A program made the translations under genes and the position numbers. A DNA stretch of 64,000 nt from NCBI GenBank assembly GCA_965215365.1, contig CBDCDS010000003.1:192001-256000 (forward strand), in the 5' to 3' direction. Under the pieces are notes generated by a model. That model saw only the letters and a program-made list of their open reading frames with translations. It was not told the origin of the DNA and did no database searches. Shown here one piece after another: positions 1 through 9,399 of this stretch. Positions within the stretch are counted from its first letter, which is position 1. Every line of letters starts with the position of its first letter. The DNA is from Gammaproteobacteria bacterium. Its GTDB lineage: Bacteria > Pseudomonadota > Gammaproteobacteria > Eutrophobiales > Eutrophobiaceae.

Positions 1-1762
1 CGTACTCGCCGATGATACGCCCCAGCAGGGTGGCGGCCTTGCGGTCGGCGTAGTTGCCGCTGTTGGCTGCGGGCGGCATGGCGGCGCCCCAGGGGAACTT
101 GAGGGTGGCGCCCGTGCCGGTGGTGCGCGCCGCCCAGGCCCACTCCGCCTCGGTGGGTAAACGGTAGCCGTCGGCGGTTTTGTCAAACCCGGTGATGTTA
201 CCGTTTTCCTCAAGATAGAACGGCGCCAGGGACGCCTCTTTGCTCAACCAGTTGCAATACTGCGCGGCCTGCTCCCAGCTCAGGTTCACCGCCGGCTGGT
301 TATCCCCGTTCAGGCTGTTGCCCTGTACACTGCCAGAGGAAAAATCCTTGCTGAACAAGCGGTACTCCCGGTTCGTGACTTCTTTCAGACTCAGGTAAAA
401 CGGGCGTGTGAGTTGCACGTTGCGAATGGTTTCATTGGCCCGGCGTCCCGGTTCCCGGCGCGAGGCGCCCAGGGTGACCGGGCCCGGGTAAAACAGCTTG
501 AGGCGTGGCCCGCCCGGCGCCTCAATGACTGGCTTGAGAGCTTCCAGCTTGGCTTGTTTGACGGTCTTTAAGGTCACATTCAACTGCTGTTCCACACCGG
601 GCAGGGGGGTGAGTGCGGTCTTATAATCCACATAGCCCGGCTTGCGCACTTCGATGTTGTGGGCACGCGTGGATAAACGCAAGGCGCCATCGGTGACTGC
701 GGCCAAGGCGCCGTCCACATACACTGCAGCGTCGGCCGGTTTGATCTTCACGGCCACGCGCACCCACTCAGGCTGTAAGTTGACGGACACTCTTTTCTGC
801 TCGCCCGAACGCGCCTGCACCGACATGGAGGCAGGTTGGTAGCCCTGTTTGAACAGACGCACTTGCGCGGTTTCTCCCGGTGTCAAAGGAACCTCCAGCG
901 GCGTCAACCCCAGGAAATTGCCGTTTAAGGTGGCATTCGCCCGCGCCGGGTCGGAAACCAGGAACAAGGTGGCATCCGCCGCTTCCAGCCTGATATCAGT
1001 CAGCTCCTGCGGCTCGCCGGCGACTACGGCAATCGTGTCCTGCCAGGCCTTATAGCCGTTCGCCCGCACCGTCAGCTCATGCCTGCCTTCCAATAATTCC
1101 ACCGTGAGCGGAGTTGTGCCAAGCAGGTCTGCGCCGCTGAACACCTGCGCCTGCGGCGGCGTCGATGCCAGCCTGAGCATCGCCCAGGCCGGTTTCAATG
1201 CAGCGCTGAAACGCTGTTCCCGATCCAGCCCTGCCAGCATGACCGTCGCACGCAACGGCAAATAGCGTTCTGCCTTGATCTCAACCCGATACTCGCCAGG
1301 TACAAGGTCGCTGAGCAGCAACGGCGTCTCCCCCCTGGCCACGTTATCTAAGAACACGGTCGCGCCGGTAACGGCGCCGGTGTCTATATGCAGGTGTCCG
1401 GGCAGTTGCTCCAGCCGGTAAACATAATGCTGTGCCGCGGCGTCGGTGACGACCAGGGTTTCCTGCAACGGCTGGTAGCCTACGGCAGTCAGCGTCAGGT
1501 CATAAGTCCCGGCGCGCACTAGGTAGCGCTTGCCCAGTTGCAGTTGTAATAGGCCGGAAATATCGATGTTGGCAGCGGGCGGTTCCGTTTCAATATACAC
1601 TGCCCTGGTGGTCAACATGAACCAGACACAGCCGGCCGCGCCGACGAGTAACGCGCCGAGCAGGCACAGGCGCAGGTTGATCCTGAGCGACCAACCGGAT
1701 TTTTTTGACGAAAGCGGCTCGAATTTTGCCGCGTCAATACGGGCATCGGCACTAACCCGCAT
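1..1762 (-). CDS. PEGA-repeat + formylglycine-generating enzyme (SUMF1/FGE-sulfatase) domain membrane protein, 3' end outside window
   Basis: Not in the ORF track (no stop in window); translated by hand. MRVSADARIDAAKFEP, a TM helix, repeated PEGA-like units (GATVFLDNVARGETPL...PGEYRVEI), then FGE motifs LGASRREPGRRANE, PFYLSLKEVTN, PAVNLSWEQAAQYCNWLS, YRLPTEAEWAWAAR. Confidence 0.85.
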   Translation of the reverse strand, partial: MRVSADARIDAAKFEPLSSKKSGWSLRINLRLCLLGALLVGAAGCVWFMLTTRAVYIETEPPAANIDISGLLQLQLGKRYLVRAGTYDLTLTAVGYQPLQETLVVTDAAAQHYVYRLEQLPGHLHIDTGAVTGATVFLDNVARGETPLLLSDLVPGEYRVEIKAERYLPLRATVMLAGLDREQRFSAALKPAWAMLRLASTPPQAQVFSGADLLGTTPLTVELLEGRHELTVRANGYKAWQDTIAVVAGEPQELTDIRLEAADATLFLVSDPARANATLNGNFLGLTPLEVPLTPGETAQVRLFKQGYQPASMSVQARSGEQKRVSVNLQPEWVRVAVKIKPADAAVYVDGALAAVTDGALRLSTRAHNIEVRKPGYVDYKTALTPLPGVEQQLNVTLKTVKQAKLEALKPVIEAPGGPRLKLFYPGPVTLGASRREPGRRANETIRNVQLTRPFYLSLKEVTNREYRLFSKDFSSGSVQGNSLNGDNQPAVNLSWEQAAQYCNWLSKEASLAPFYLEENGNITGFDKTADGYRLPTEAEWAWAARTTGTGATLKFPWGAAMPPAANSGNYADRKAATLLGRIIGEY

Positions 1763-1994
1763 ATCTCACCAAGTCGCTTGTTGCCTTGTGAAGCATGATT
1801 GCTCTCAATAAGTTATGATAATACTGCTGCTCTTTCCACCTGACACACTGCGCTTGATGCGCCCTCGCTGGTCTTGGTTCTGCCTGCGGGCACGTGCTTG
1901 TTCAACCATAGCTACCGCTATGGTTTCGGGCGCAGGCACCCGCAGGCAGAACCAATCCGGCGCGATCTTCGCATCACTTGGTGAGATATGCGGG
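1756..1994. mobile_element. MITE-like element with 19-bp perfect terminal inverted repeats and nested internal hairpin
   Basis: CCCGCATATCTCACCAAGT (1756-1774) and ACTTGGTGAGATATGCGGG (1976-1994); internal IRs of 17 bp (1874-1890/1939-1955) and 9 bp (1904-1912/1917-1925); no transposase. Confidence 0.75.
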
Positions 1995-2012
1995 CTGGGG
2001 TCAGTCATCAAC

Positions 2013-3629
2013 TCAGTCCCCCAATGCGATCTTTTCGCTGCTGCTGACCAGCACCGGCCCCATGGCTTTATCCGGGTCTATAAAAAACTCCACGCGCACA
2101 TCGCGATAGCCGTCGCGGTGGCCGACTGCCACGTAATGGCCGGGACGCAATGACAGCACTTTGTTGGTAAAAACGCCCAGCTCACCCACCTTGTAGAGGG
2201 TGACCCGGGTCAGGTTATCGGAGTGAAGTTCGACGGTGACCGGGGTGGCCGCCAGTGTGAGCAGGCGAGTGAGCTTGTCCAGTTGCGCGGACAATATCGG
2301 ACCGGGTTCGGGCAAGGCCAGGATGGCATTGAGAAAACCGGCTACGTCACTGTACACGGCCTCATCAAACAAGCGCTGCGGTTGCGCCAGTATTTGCTCC
2401 AGTCGGGTATGTATTTGCGCGCGCGAGGTGGCGCGCTGTTGCCCTTCCAAGGCATTGCCCAAGCTGCTGTTTAACTTCAAGGCCGCGTTATAAGAAGCGA
2501 TTGCGCCTTGCCAGTCTTCCTGCTGTTCCGCGTCTTGTGCCTGTTTCAGGGCCGCATTGACCTGCGTTGAGGTGAGGCGTTGCGTGGCCTGTTCAATGCC
2601 GTCACGCGCTGCGCGTGAGCGCGGCTTCAGCTTGAGCGCCTGACTGAATGCGGCCCGCGCCGGTTCGTGGCGTTCCTGTTCCAATAAGCGGAAGCCAGAG
2701 GACATGGCAAGATTGAAGGCGTTATCGTTGATGCGGGCTGTTGTCAGGTCCAGCTGTTGTCTGGCGCGCGTGGACTGAGCATCTACGTCCAGCGCCTGTT
2801 GATAGATGTCGCGGGCCCGTTCGGGTTTGTCGTCCCGCAACAAGGCATCGCCTTGCTCGAGCAGCGCCATGAGCCGGGGCAGGTTTTGCGTGCGCTCCAG
2901 GCCCAGCAGCGCCTCCCGGTCGATGGGGTCGATGGCCAGGGCGACCTTAAACGCAGCGGCGGCGGCATCAGCAGCGCCAGCGGCCAACGCCGCATTGCCG
3001 GCTGCCATACTGTCGGCAAACAATTGCTCGATACCCTCCAGTAATCCGTTCAGGAGGTCTAGGGCGGTGGCATAGTGGTCGTGCGCCTGGGCAAAATTCT
3101 GGCGGCTGTAGTCGGCGTCTCCCGCTTGCGCGTGTTCCAGCGCGCGCGCGTACTCCTTCTTGCCCCATAGGGTTACGCCTCGCTCCTCCAGGGTTTTCTG
3201 GGCATCCAGCAATTCCTGCAGCAACGCTTGGCTGTCTTTGCGCACCGAGAACTGTTGCGCTCTACTCCACGGGGTATCTGCCGTGGCGGGCGCACCTGCT
3301 GCCGGTGGCGGGGTTTGCCTTGTGGCTTGAGCCGCGCGCGGGGCGGCGACAACGGGTTTGCCGTGGCGCGCAGCGCTGCCGCTTTCGATAGTCGGGTTTT
3401 CGATAACCGGGGACGGCAGCCAGCGCGGGAATAACAGGAACATGACGCTCACGACGCACAACAGCGCGCCGCCGCCCAGCCATAACCATGGGCGCGCAAG
3501 CAACTGTCGGCCAGGAAAATGTGAGCCAGACGCACGCCCGCGTTTTGAGTCCTTGCCGCCGGCAGCAGCAGTCAGGTCAACCGCAGCCGGCTTTATCGGG
3601 ACAAAACCAGGCTCTGTACTTCCTGTCAT
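2013..3629 (-). CDS. Membrane-anchored TPR-like protein with PEGA-like C-terminus
   Basis: N-terminal TM helix, Pro/Ala linker, TPR-like helices (AFKVALAIDP, YQQALDVDA, YNAALKLNS), C-terminal LRPGHYVAVGHRDGYRDVR. Confidence 0.75.
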   Translation of the reverse strand: MTGSTEPGFVPIKPAAVDLTAAAGGKDSKRGRASGSHFPGRQLLARPWLWLGGGALLCVVSVMFLLFPRWLPSPVIENPTIESGSAARHGKPVVAAPRAAQATRQTPPPAAGAPATADTPWSRAQQFSVRKDSQALLQELLDAQKTLEERGVTLWGKKEYARALEHAQAGDADYSRQNFAQAHDHYATALDLLNGLLEGIEQLFADSMAAGNAALAAGAADAAAAAFKVALAIDPIDREALLGLERTQNLPRLMALLEQGDALLRDDKPERARDIYQQALDVDAQSTRARQQLDLTTARINDNAFNLAMSSGFRLLEQERHEPARAAFSQALKLKPRSRAARDGIEQATQRLTSTQVNAALKQAQDAEQQEDWQGAIASYNAALKLNSSLGNALEGQQRATSRAQIHTRLEQILAQPQRLFDEAVYSDVAGFLNAILALPEPGPILSAQLDKLTRLLTLAATPVTVELHSDNLTRVTLYKVGELGVFTNKVLSLRPGHYVAVGHRDGYRDVRVEFFIDPDKAMGPVLVSSSEKIALGD

Positions 3630-4810
3630 TGTCCGGCATCAACGACAGTCCCGGTTTCCGTTGCATGGATCTCCTTGAGGATGCGGCGCCATTGGCCGTA
3701 TTGCTCATTGACTGTACCGGACAGAGTCACCGTGCGATCCTCCAGTTCTATGGAGTGTGGCTGTATTTCCGAATCCAGCGATGCGGAAATTTCTTCCAGC
3801 GCTTCGACATGGATTTTCGCTTCCTCACGCTTTTGCAGGCCGCTTTGTATTGCCGTAGCACCGGCGAGGATGCCGACCGCACCTGCCGTGTTTGCAGTCT
3901 CGCTGTCAACCCCTTGCGCCAAGATGCCGGCCAGCACTGCCAGCGTGCCGCCGATCAGACGGGCACTCGCCTGGGACTTGACCTCCCGCAACGCCTGACT
4001 CTCCAGGTAAAACGCCTCGCGCCACTCCCGGTACGGCGCCTCCATCTGATTGACAAACGAGGCATAGTACTGTTGCAAGGTATCGACAAAGATAGAGTCG
4101 CGCTCGCGGATCTGGCGCAGCTGCTGCATGGCCGGGTCGCCCGCCGCGGGCAGGCGCTTGATGGCGTAGCGCCCTTTCTCATCCGGCGCCAGATAATTGT
4201 GGAACAGTTCGGGCGAGAAGTCGCGGGCAAATTTCAGTTCGGCAACGGTGCGTATCGTCCTGATCTCCCCGGCGCTGAGCAGGCTGCGATAAGCCAGCAT
4301 ATCGTTCGCGATCCGGTTATAGATTTTCTGAAACGGTTCGCGCTTGTTGGCCGTGCGGTCATCGTAAGAATACTTGCCGGCCACTGCCGTGTATTTCTTG
4401 CTGAACCAGCGCTTGCCGGTGGCATCTTCCACGCTTATGCGTAACCACAGGTTTTCCCCGTCTGACTTGAGGATTTCCCCGTCCACCCACACGTCCATTT
4501 CACTGAGCCGGTCCGGTATCACCCGCACTACGCCCCAGTTACCGCTGTGTTGCAGGGTGTCCATCAGCTGGTACGGGACGAACCGGGCCTCTGCTGCGCG
4601 GATTTCCGGAAACACGCCTTCTTGCTCGGCACTGATGGCGTCGGTGCCGGGATTGAAGATGCCGACACCCACATCCAGCAACAGTTCTTCAGGCGTTGCC
4701 TGCGCCTCTAAGGTTACCTGCTCGTAGCTGGTGGTCTTTACCGTGGTGGTGTTACAACCGATCAGGCCGAAGCACAGCGCGACGACCACTGCAATCTGAT
4801 TTGTTCTCAT
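3626..4810 (-). CDS. Conserved hypothetical lipoprotein
   Basis: Lipobox LIG-C; glycine-zipper-like segment; 4-bp overlaps with both neighbours. Confidence 0.75.
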   Translation of the reverse strand: MRTNQIAVVVALCFGLIGCNTTTVKTTSYEQVTLEAQATPEELLLDVGVGIFNPGTDAISAEQEGVFPEIRAAEARFVPYQLMDTLQHSGNWGVVRVIPDRLSEMDVWVDGEILKSDGENLWLRISVEDATGKRWFSKKYTAVAGKYSYDDRTANKREPFQKIYNRIANDMLAYRSLLSAGEIRTIRTVAELKFARDFSPELFHNYLAPDEKGRYAIKRLPAAGDPAMQQLRQIRERDSIFVDTLQQYYASFVNQMEAPYREWREAFYLESQALREVKSQASARLIGGTLAVLAGILAQGVDSETANTAGAVGILAGATAIQSGLQKREEAKIHVEALEEISASLDSEIQPHSIELEDRTVTLSGTVNEQYGQWRRILKEIHATETGTVVDAGQ

Positions 4811-5700
4811 CTTGAATCTCGCTTGTACTTACGGTATTCATCCCACAATTTTTCCCTTAACTCGGGATCCTGCTCTTTCATGGCGGCCTCGCGCAACTGG
4901 CGCGCGATGATGTCGTCATCCCTGGCGTCAGCCAGGTCCGGCGGCACCTGACTGTGGCTGGGCGTTGAAATATTCCCTTCACCCTTGACCGCAATGGGGT
5001 CACTGTCAACCAGTGCGGTTTGCAGCGGCTCCCCGGCCGCCCCGCCGCTGGCGGCATCAGCCGCGGCCAGGGCCTCGTCTTCGCCATAGCCACCGCTGCC
5101 TTCCTGGTCGGCCCGTTCATTGTTGGCCTGCTGTTCGCTTAGCATCACCCGGTCAAATTCCGCAAAACCCTGTTGCAGTTGTGTACCCAGCGCCTGCTTC
5201 CGTTCCGCGTCGGTTGTTGCCGGACTGCCGGCGCCGGCGGACCCGGGCTCGGCGCCGGTCGCATCCTGCCCGGCGGCATCCGGCCGGCGCTCCAGCGCCT
5301 GCAAGGCTGCGGCTAGGATTTCGTCCTCGGTCTGTTCCCGCCCACCGGCGCCAGCGGCTGTTGCCCCGGGCGGCTGTGGCCGCCCACCGGTCGGCATCGG
5401 CGTCCGTGCGCCAGCGCCGCCGGCAGCCGTGGCCCCGGGTTGCGGCGTCGGCAGGGAGCTCGTACCCGGCGCCGGCGCACCTGGCGTAGCGCCCGCCGCC
5501 GGCGCCGAACCGGGAGCCGGCAAGCCGGGGAGGCCCGCCGCCGGCACCTGAACGGATGGTGCGGACGGAGCGGATGACCCCGTTGACGGCGCCCCCGGCA
5601 CGCTTGGCGCCCCGGAGGAACGAGTGACAGGCGTGGTGTTACAGCCGGCAACCAGCGCCAGAACAAACATTACGGCCATGAATGGTAATGTTTTTTTCAT
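4807..5700 (-). CDS. Pro/Ala-rich hypothetical lipoprotein
   Basis: MKK start, lipobox VAG-C, low-complexity linker, C-terminal DDDIIARQLREAAMKEQDPELREKLWDEYRKYK. Confidence 0.7.
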   Translation of the reverse strand: MKKTLPFMAVMFVLALVAGCNTTPVTRSSGAPSVPGAPSTGSSAPSAPSVQVPAAGLPGLPAPGSAPAAGATPGAPAPGTSSLPTPQPGATAAGGAGARTPMPTGGRPQPPGATAAGAGGREQTEDEILAAALQALERRPDAAGQDATGAEPGSAGAGSPATTDAERKQALGTQLQQGFAEFDRVMLSEQQANNERADQEGSGGYGEDEALAAADAASGGAAGEPLQTALVDSDPIAVKGEGNISTPSHSQVPPDLADARDDDIIARQLREAAMKEQDPELREKLWDEYRKYKRDSR

Positions 5701-5718
5701 AATGAACACCCTGATTAC

Positions 5719-5736
5719 TTAGCCCGCATATCTCAC
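5719..5736 (+). repeat. Third copy of the MITE terminal repeat
   Basis: TTAGCCCGCATATCTCAC; 14-bp core identical to 1756-1769. Confidence 0.7.
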
Positions 5737-5804
5737 AGATGGTTTCTCTACCAAGGCCAATGATAAGACATTCACATGACGCTGACAATATCCACCGCCC
5801 CTTG

Positions 5805-5813
5805 TGCTATAAT
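5805..5813 (+). promoter_or_regulatory. Extended -10 promoter (TGcTATAAT), probably giving a leaderless mRNA
   Basis: TGCTATAAT ends 6 nt before ATG 5820; no SD sequence. Confidence 0.55.
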
Positions 5814-5819
5814 TTGCAC

Positions 5820-6614
5820 ATGAGGGCATTGTCCCAGATAAAACGATTCCCGGCAGTGTTGCTGCTGACGCTGGTTACATTCAGCCATGGTTTCGCGGCG
5901 CCGTTCAATTATACTTGGCGCATTGAGGAGCTTGCCAAAACCAATGCCGAGGCCGTTGAATTGCGCGACCGCAACAACCGCCTGCTGCGGCGCGTCGACA
6001 CAAAACAGATGATCTACCTGTACTCGGTGATGCAGGCCTTGGAGCAAGTCTCGGAGTTGCGCTCGGAATTGCTGATCACCGATGGCGAACAGCCTAATGC
6101 GTTTGCCACCAAAGGCATGGCAGAACGGCTGCCGGCGGAAAATGGTGATGGGAATAATACCGGAGCCAAGACGGAGGAGGCCGTGATGCAGGGCCGCGCG
6201 CTTGCCGACGCCAAGCCGATTGACAAAGACAATGCCGTGGAGATCAATATCATCGGCATCAATTTCGCCATGCTGGATTTGCTGGGCCTGGATGTGCACA
6301 TGGCCGCCGCTCTGATCGGTCACGAACTGGGGCACCTGAAGCTGAACCACGGCGAGGATCATAAAAATCGGCGCCGGAGTGACATCCGCACTGCCGGCAA
6401 CACCCGTTACAGCCGTGACAACGAGCGCGAGGCAGATTATCTGGGTGCTATCTGGGCGGTAGAAGCCGGCTATGACCCACAAGGGGCGGTACGTTTGCAG
6501 GAATTGCTTTACAAGAAAACCAAGCACCTGTCGGGAGGATTTTCCGGCACCCACCCATCGTCGATAGAGCGCCTGACCAAGCTGAAGTCGCTGGCGCGCC
6601 GGTTGTCCGAGTGA
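5820..6614 (+). CDS. M48 family zinc metallopeptidase, secreted
   Basis: Signal peptide, PNAFA, HELGH (HExxH), YSRDNEREADYLG, GYDPQGAV, THPS. Confidence 0.85.
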   Translation: MRALSQIKRFPAVLLLTLVTFSHGFAAPFNYTWRIEELAKTNAEAVELRDRNNRLLRRVDTKQMIYLYSVMQALEQVSELRSELLITDGEQPNAFATKGMAERLPAENGDGNNTGAKTEEAVMQGRALADAKPIDKDNAVEINIIGINFAMLDLLGLDVHMAAALIGHELGHLKLNHGEDHKNRRRSDIRTAGNTRYSRDNEREADYLGAIWAVEAGYDPQGAVRLQELLYKKTKHLSGGFSGTHPSSIERLTKLKSLARRLSE

Positions 6615-6696
6615 CCGGTATTGCCTGTGTCTTGCCGAGGGCCGGTTGACAGGCCGGGCACGACCGCCGACGCCGGGTGGCGCAGTGCCGGCGGCC

Positions 6697-6713
6697 TGAG
6701 ACATGCGCGCTAG
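6697..6713 (-). repeat. Fourth, degenerate copy of the MITE terminal repeat, containing the ATG of the addB-like gene
   Basis: TGAGACATGCGCGCTAG vs consensus TGAGATATGCGGGCTAG (15/17). Confidence 0.55.
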
Positions 6714-9399
6714 CGCCGCTACCATTATCTGCGCCAACACGCGTTTGGCGCGCCACTTGCGCCGGCGCCATGCGCAAGCGCAGCTGCACGGCGGCCACCG
6801 CGCCTGGGAGAGCCCGGATATCCTGCCCTGGCAGGCCTGGCTGCAGCGTTGTCGGGATGTGCGCGGCGATGATTATGGCACACTGCTGAACGAGGCGCAG
6901 GAGCGCGCGTTGTGGCAGCAGCTCATCGACGGCTCCGCCGCGCGGGATAACCTGTTACAGACGGCAGCGGTGGCGACCCAGGCGGCCGCAGCCTGGCAGT
7001 CTCTGCGGGCCTACCAGGTGCCGATTTTTCCCGCAGACATGCCCTTGAATGAAGATGCCGGCGCGTTCAAACTCTGGGCTGAGGAGTTCCGCGCACAGTG
7101 TCGGCGCCAGGGCTGGACTGACCACGCCACGCTGGTCGATGAATTGTCCGGTGCTGCCCCGGCGGCGGACATCTTCGGGAAGGAACTGGAGCTGGTCGGC
7201 TTTGACCGTTTCACACCGCAACAACAGACCTTGTTTGACCAGCTCAGGCACAGTGGTGTGTCCATTCGGGAACACCAGCATGAGGCTCGGAACGAGTCCG
7301 TGCGGCTGCTGAATTTTGCCGACATTGATGCAGAAATCCAGGCCGCGGCGCACTGGGCGCGCCGCGCCGTCGAAGCCGACGGGGAACTGACCATCGGTAT
7401 TATCACGCCGCAGTTACGCAACTTGCGCAGGCGTATCCGTTACAGCTTCGAGGATGTGCTGGTGCCGGCACAGCTGCGTTACCAGGCTGAGGCCGCTCCC
7501 GCGCCCTTCAGCATCTCCCTGGGACAGTCGCTGACCGACTACCCGTTGCTGCATGTAGTCTTTGCCCTGCTCAGTTTAAGCAAAGCCCCGCTGCCGCTGG
7601 AGACGCTGGGCGTATTGCTGCACACGCCGTTTATCCGTGGCTCTGAGCGGGAACAGGGCGCGCGCGCATTACTGGATGAAAGGCTGCGTTCCCGCAAGCA
7701 ACCGGCACTGCCCTGGAACGACCTGCTATACCTGATTGATAACAGCGGGGAAAGCGGCCAACCCGTCCCGATTCTGGCCGGGATGTTGCGCGCCACCCGC
7801 GCCGTGCTGGAGGAACTGCCGGGGCGCCAGTCGCCAGAGGGCTGGGCAGATAGTTTTGCACGCCTGCTTGAGGTGCTGGGCTGGCCCGGTGAGCGGGTGC
7901 TTGACAGTGCCGAATACCAACTGACCCGGGCCTGGTACAAGGCGCTGGACGGGCTGGTTTCGCTGCGTCTGATCAGGGCGCAGATGAACCGCAGCGAAGC
8001 ACTGTCCTGGTTGCGGCGCATTGCTGAGGGCACCGGTTTCCAACCGGAAACCGCGGAAACGCCGATTCAGGTTCTTGACCCACAGGGCGCCGCCGCCATG
8101 GCGTTTGACCGGGTCTGGATGCTGGGCCTGACTGAAGAGTCCTGGCCGCCGCGTGCTCACCCCAATCCCTTCATCCCGGTGGCGTTGCAGAAACAATACG
8201 GCCTGCCCGGCGCCGATGCCGGGGCGGAGTTGGAACGGTCCAGAGCCTTGCAGGCGGCTTTGGTGCGTTCCACGCAACATCTGGTATTCAGCCACGCCCG
8301 CCTAGATGAAGACCGGCCACTGCTGGCCAGCCCCTTGTTGCAGGAAGTGGGACATGTTCCCGAACCGGAAGCGAAGTCCACCGGCAAGCCACAATCAGGC
8401 GCAACGGAACAGGACGGCGGCATGGACTCGGTGGTGATATTTAACGCCCGCAGGCTGGAAACCATAGAAGACACCCAGGCGCCGCCAGTGCGTGGTCGTT
8501 ATGGCGCCGGCGGCGCGGCGCTGTTCCAGGACCAGTCCCAATGCCCGCTGCGCGCGTTCGCCCGGCGGCGGCTGGGTTCCAGGGGGCTGGACACCACCGA
8601 CATAGGCGCCGATGCCATGCAGCGCGGCGCGCTGCTGCATGAGCTGCTGCAAAATGTCTGGTCGGAACTGCGCAGCCAGGAACGTCTCAAGGCCCTGTCC
8701 GAAGCGGAACTCGAAGCGTTTATCCAGGCCCAAACCGATGCTTTGTTGCAGGGTTATCGCACGCGTTATCCCCTGGTCTATACGCCCCGCTTCGCGGCGT
8801 TGGAAGCCGCGCGGCTGGCGCGCATGTTACGGCAGTGGCTGGCGCTGGAACTGGAACGGGCGCCGTTTACCGTTGCCGAGGTGGAAGTCAGGACCCCTTC
8901 GATCGTCGGCGAGGTGGAGTTTTCCACACGGCTGGACCGGGTGGATGTGCTGGAAGACGGACGTCACGTGATTATCGATTACAAGAGCGGCAGCGCGTCC
9001 GTCAATAAATGGGCCGGCGCCCGCCCCGATGAGCCGCAACTGCCGCTGTACGCAGTAACCTACCCGGAGCCGGTGGCGGCGCTCACCTTTGCTATGCTCA
9101 GGCACGGAGATAAATTCGGTTTCGAGGGTCTGGCCGCAGACGCTGGCCTGTTGCCGGACACGGCGGAATTTACCAGTGACAAGCGGGCAAGGCAGGTGCT
9201 GGTCGAACTGGAAACCCTGAGCGGCGCGGAAACATCCGACTGGGCAAGCCTGTTCGACTACTGGCGCAAGGCGCTGGAGCAGCTGGCGCAGGAATTTCGC
9301 GCCGGGGTAGCGACCGTCACCCCCCAGCCCGGCGCCTGCCAGTGGTGCGACCAGCAACCACTGTGCCGCATCCATGAGGTTGACCAGAGTCATGACTAA
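6703..9399 (+). CDS. addB: AddB-like DNA repair protein (inactive helicase fold + PD-(D/E)XK nuclease with Fe-S cysteines)
   Basis: QCPLRAFARRRL, RLDRVD...IIDYKSG, QLPLY, terminal CQWCDQQPLC; directly upstream of addA-like gene. Confidence 0.8.
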   Translation: MRASAATIICANTRLARHLRRRHAQAQLHGGHRAWESPDILPWQAWLQRCRDVRGDDYGTLLNEAQERALWQQLIDGSAARDNLLQTAAVATQAAAAWQSLRAYQVPIFPADMPLNEDAGAFKLWAEEFRAQCRRQGWTDHATLVDELSGAAPAADIFGKELELVGFDRFTPQQQTLFDQLRHSGVSIREHQHEARNESVRLLNFADIDAEIQAAAHWARRAVEADGELTIGIITPQLRNLRRRIRYSFEDVLVPAQLRYQAEAAPAPFSISLGQSLTDYPLLHVVFALLSLSKAPLPLETLGVLLHTPFIRGSEREQGARALLDERLRSRKQPALPWNDLLYLIDNSGESGQPVPILAGMLRATRAVLEELPGRQSPEGWADSFARLLEVLGWPGERVLDSAEYQLTRAWYKALDGLVSLRLIRAQMNRSEALSWLRRIAEGTGFQPETAETPIQVLDPQGAAAMAFDRVWMLGLTEESWPPRAHPNPFIPVALQKQYGLPGADAGAELERSRALQAALVRSTQHLVFSHARLDEDRPLLASPLLQEVGHVPEPEAKSTGKPQSGATEQDGGMDSVVIFNARRLETIEDTQAPPVRGRYGAGGAALFQDQSQCPLRAFARRRLGSRGLDTTDIGADAMQRGALLHELLQNVWSELRSQERLKALSEAELEAFIQAQTDALLQGYRTRYPLVYTPRFAALEAARLARMLRQWLALELERAPFTVAEVEVRTPSIVGEVEFSTRLDRVDVLEDGRHVIIDYKSGSASVNKWAGARPDEPQLPLYAVTYPEPVAALTFAMLRHGDKFGFEGLAADAGLLPDTAEFTSDKRARQVLVELETLSGAETSDWASLFDYWRKALEQLAQEFRAGVATVTPQPGACQWCDQQPLCRIHEVDQSHD

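Noticed and set aside
1805-2011. 68-aa ORF as an independent gene
   Set aside because: Explained as the original gene start reading into the MITE until a stop.
5772-6740. Long antisense ORFs (also 3488-4444, 23773-24660, 37034-37912, 45588-46874, 49056-50210, 62389-63393)
   Set aside because: Shadow ORFs opposite well-supported genes in GC-rich DNA, with no motifs.
6811-6822. AGCCCGGATATC, similar to the MITE end
   Set aside because: Short, and inside the addB coding sequence (SPDI); likely chance.
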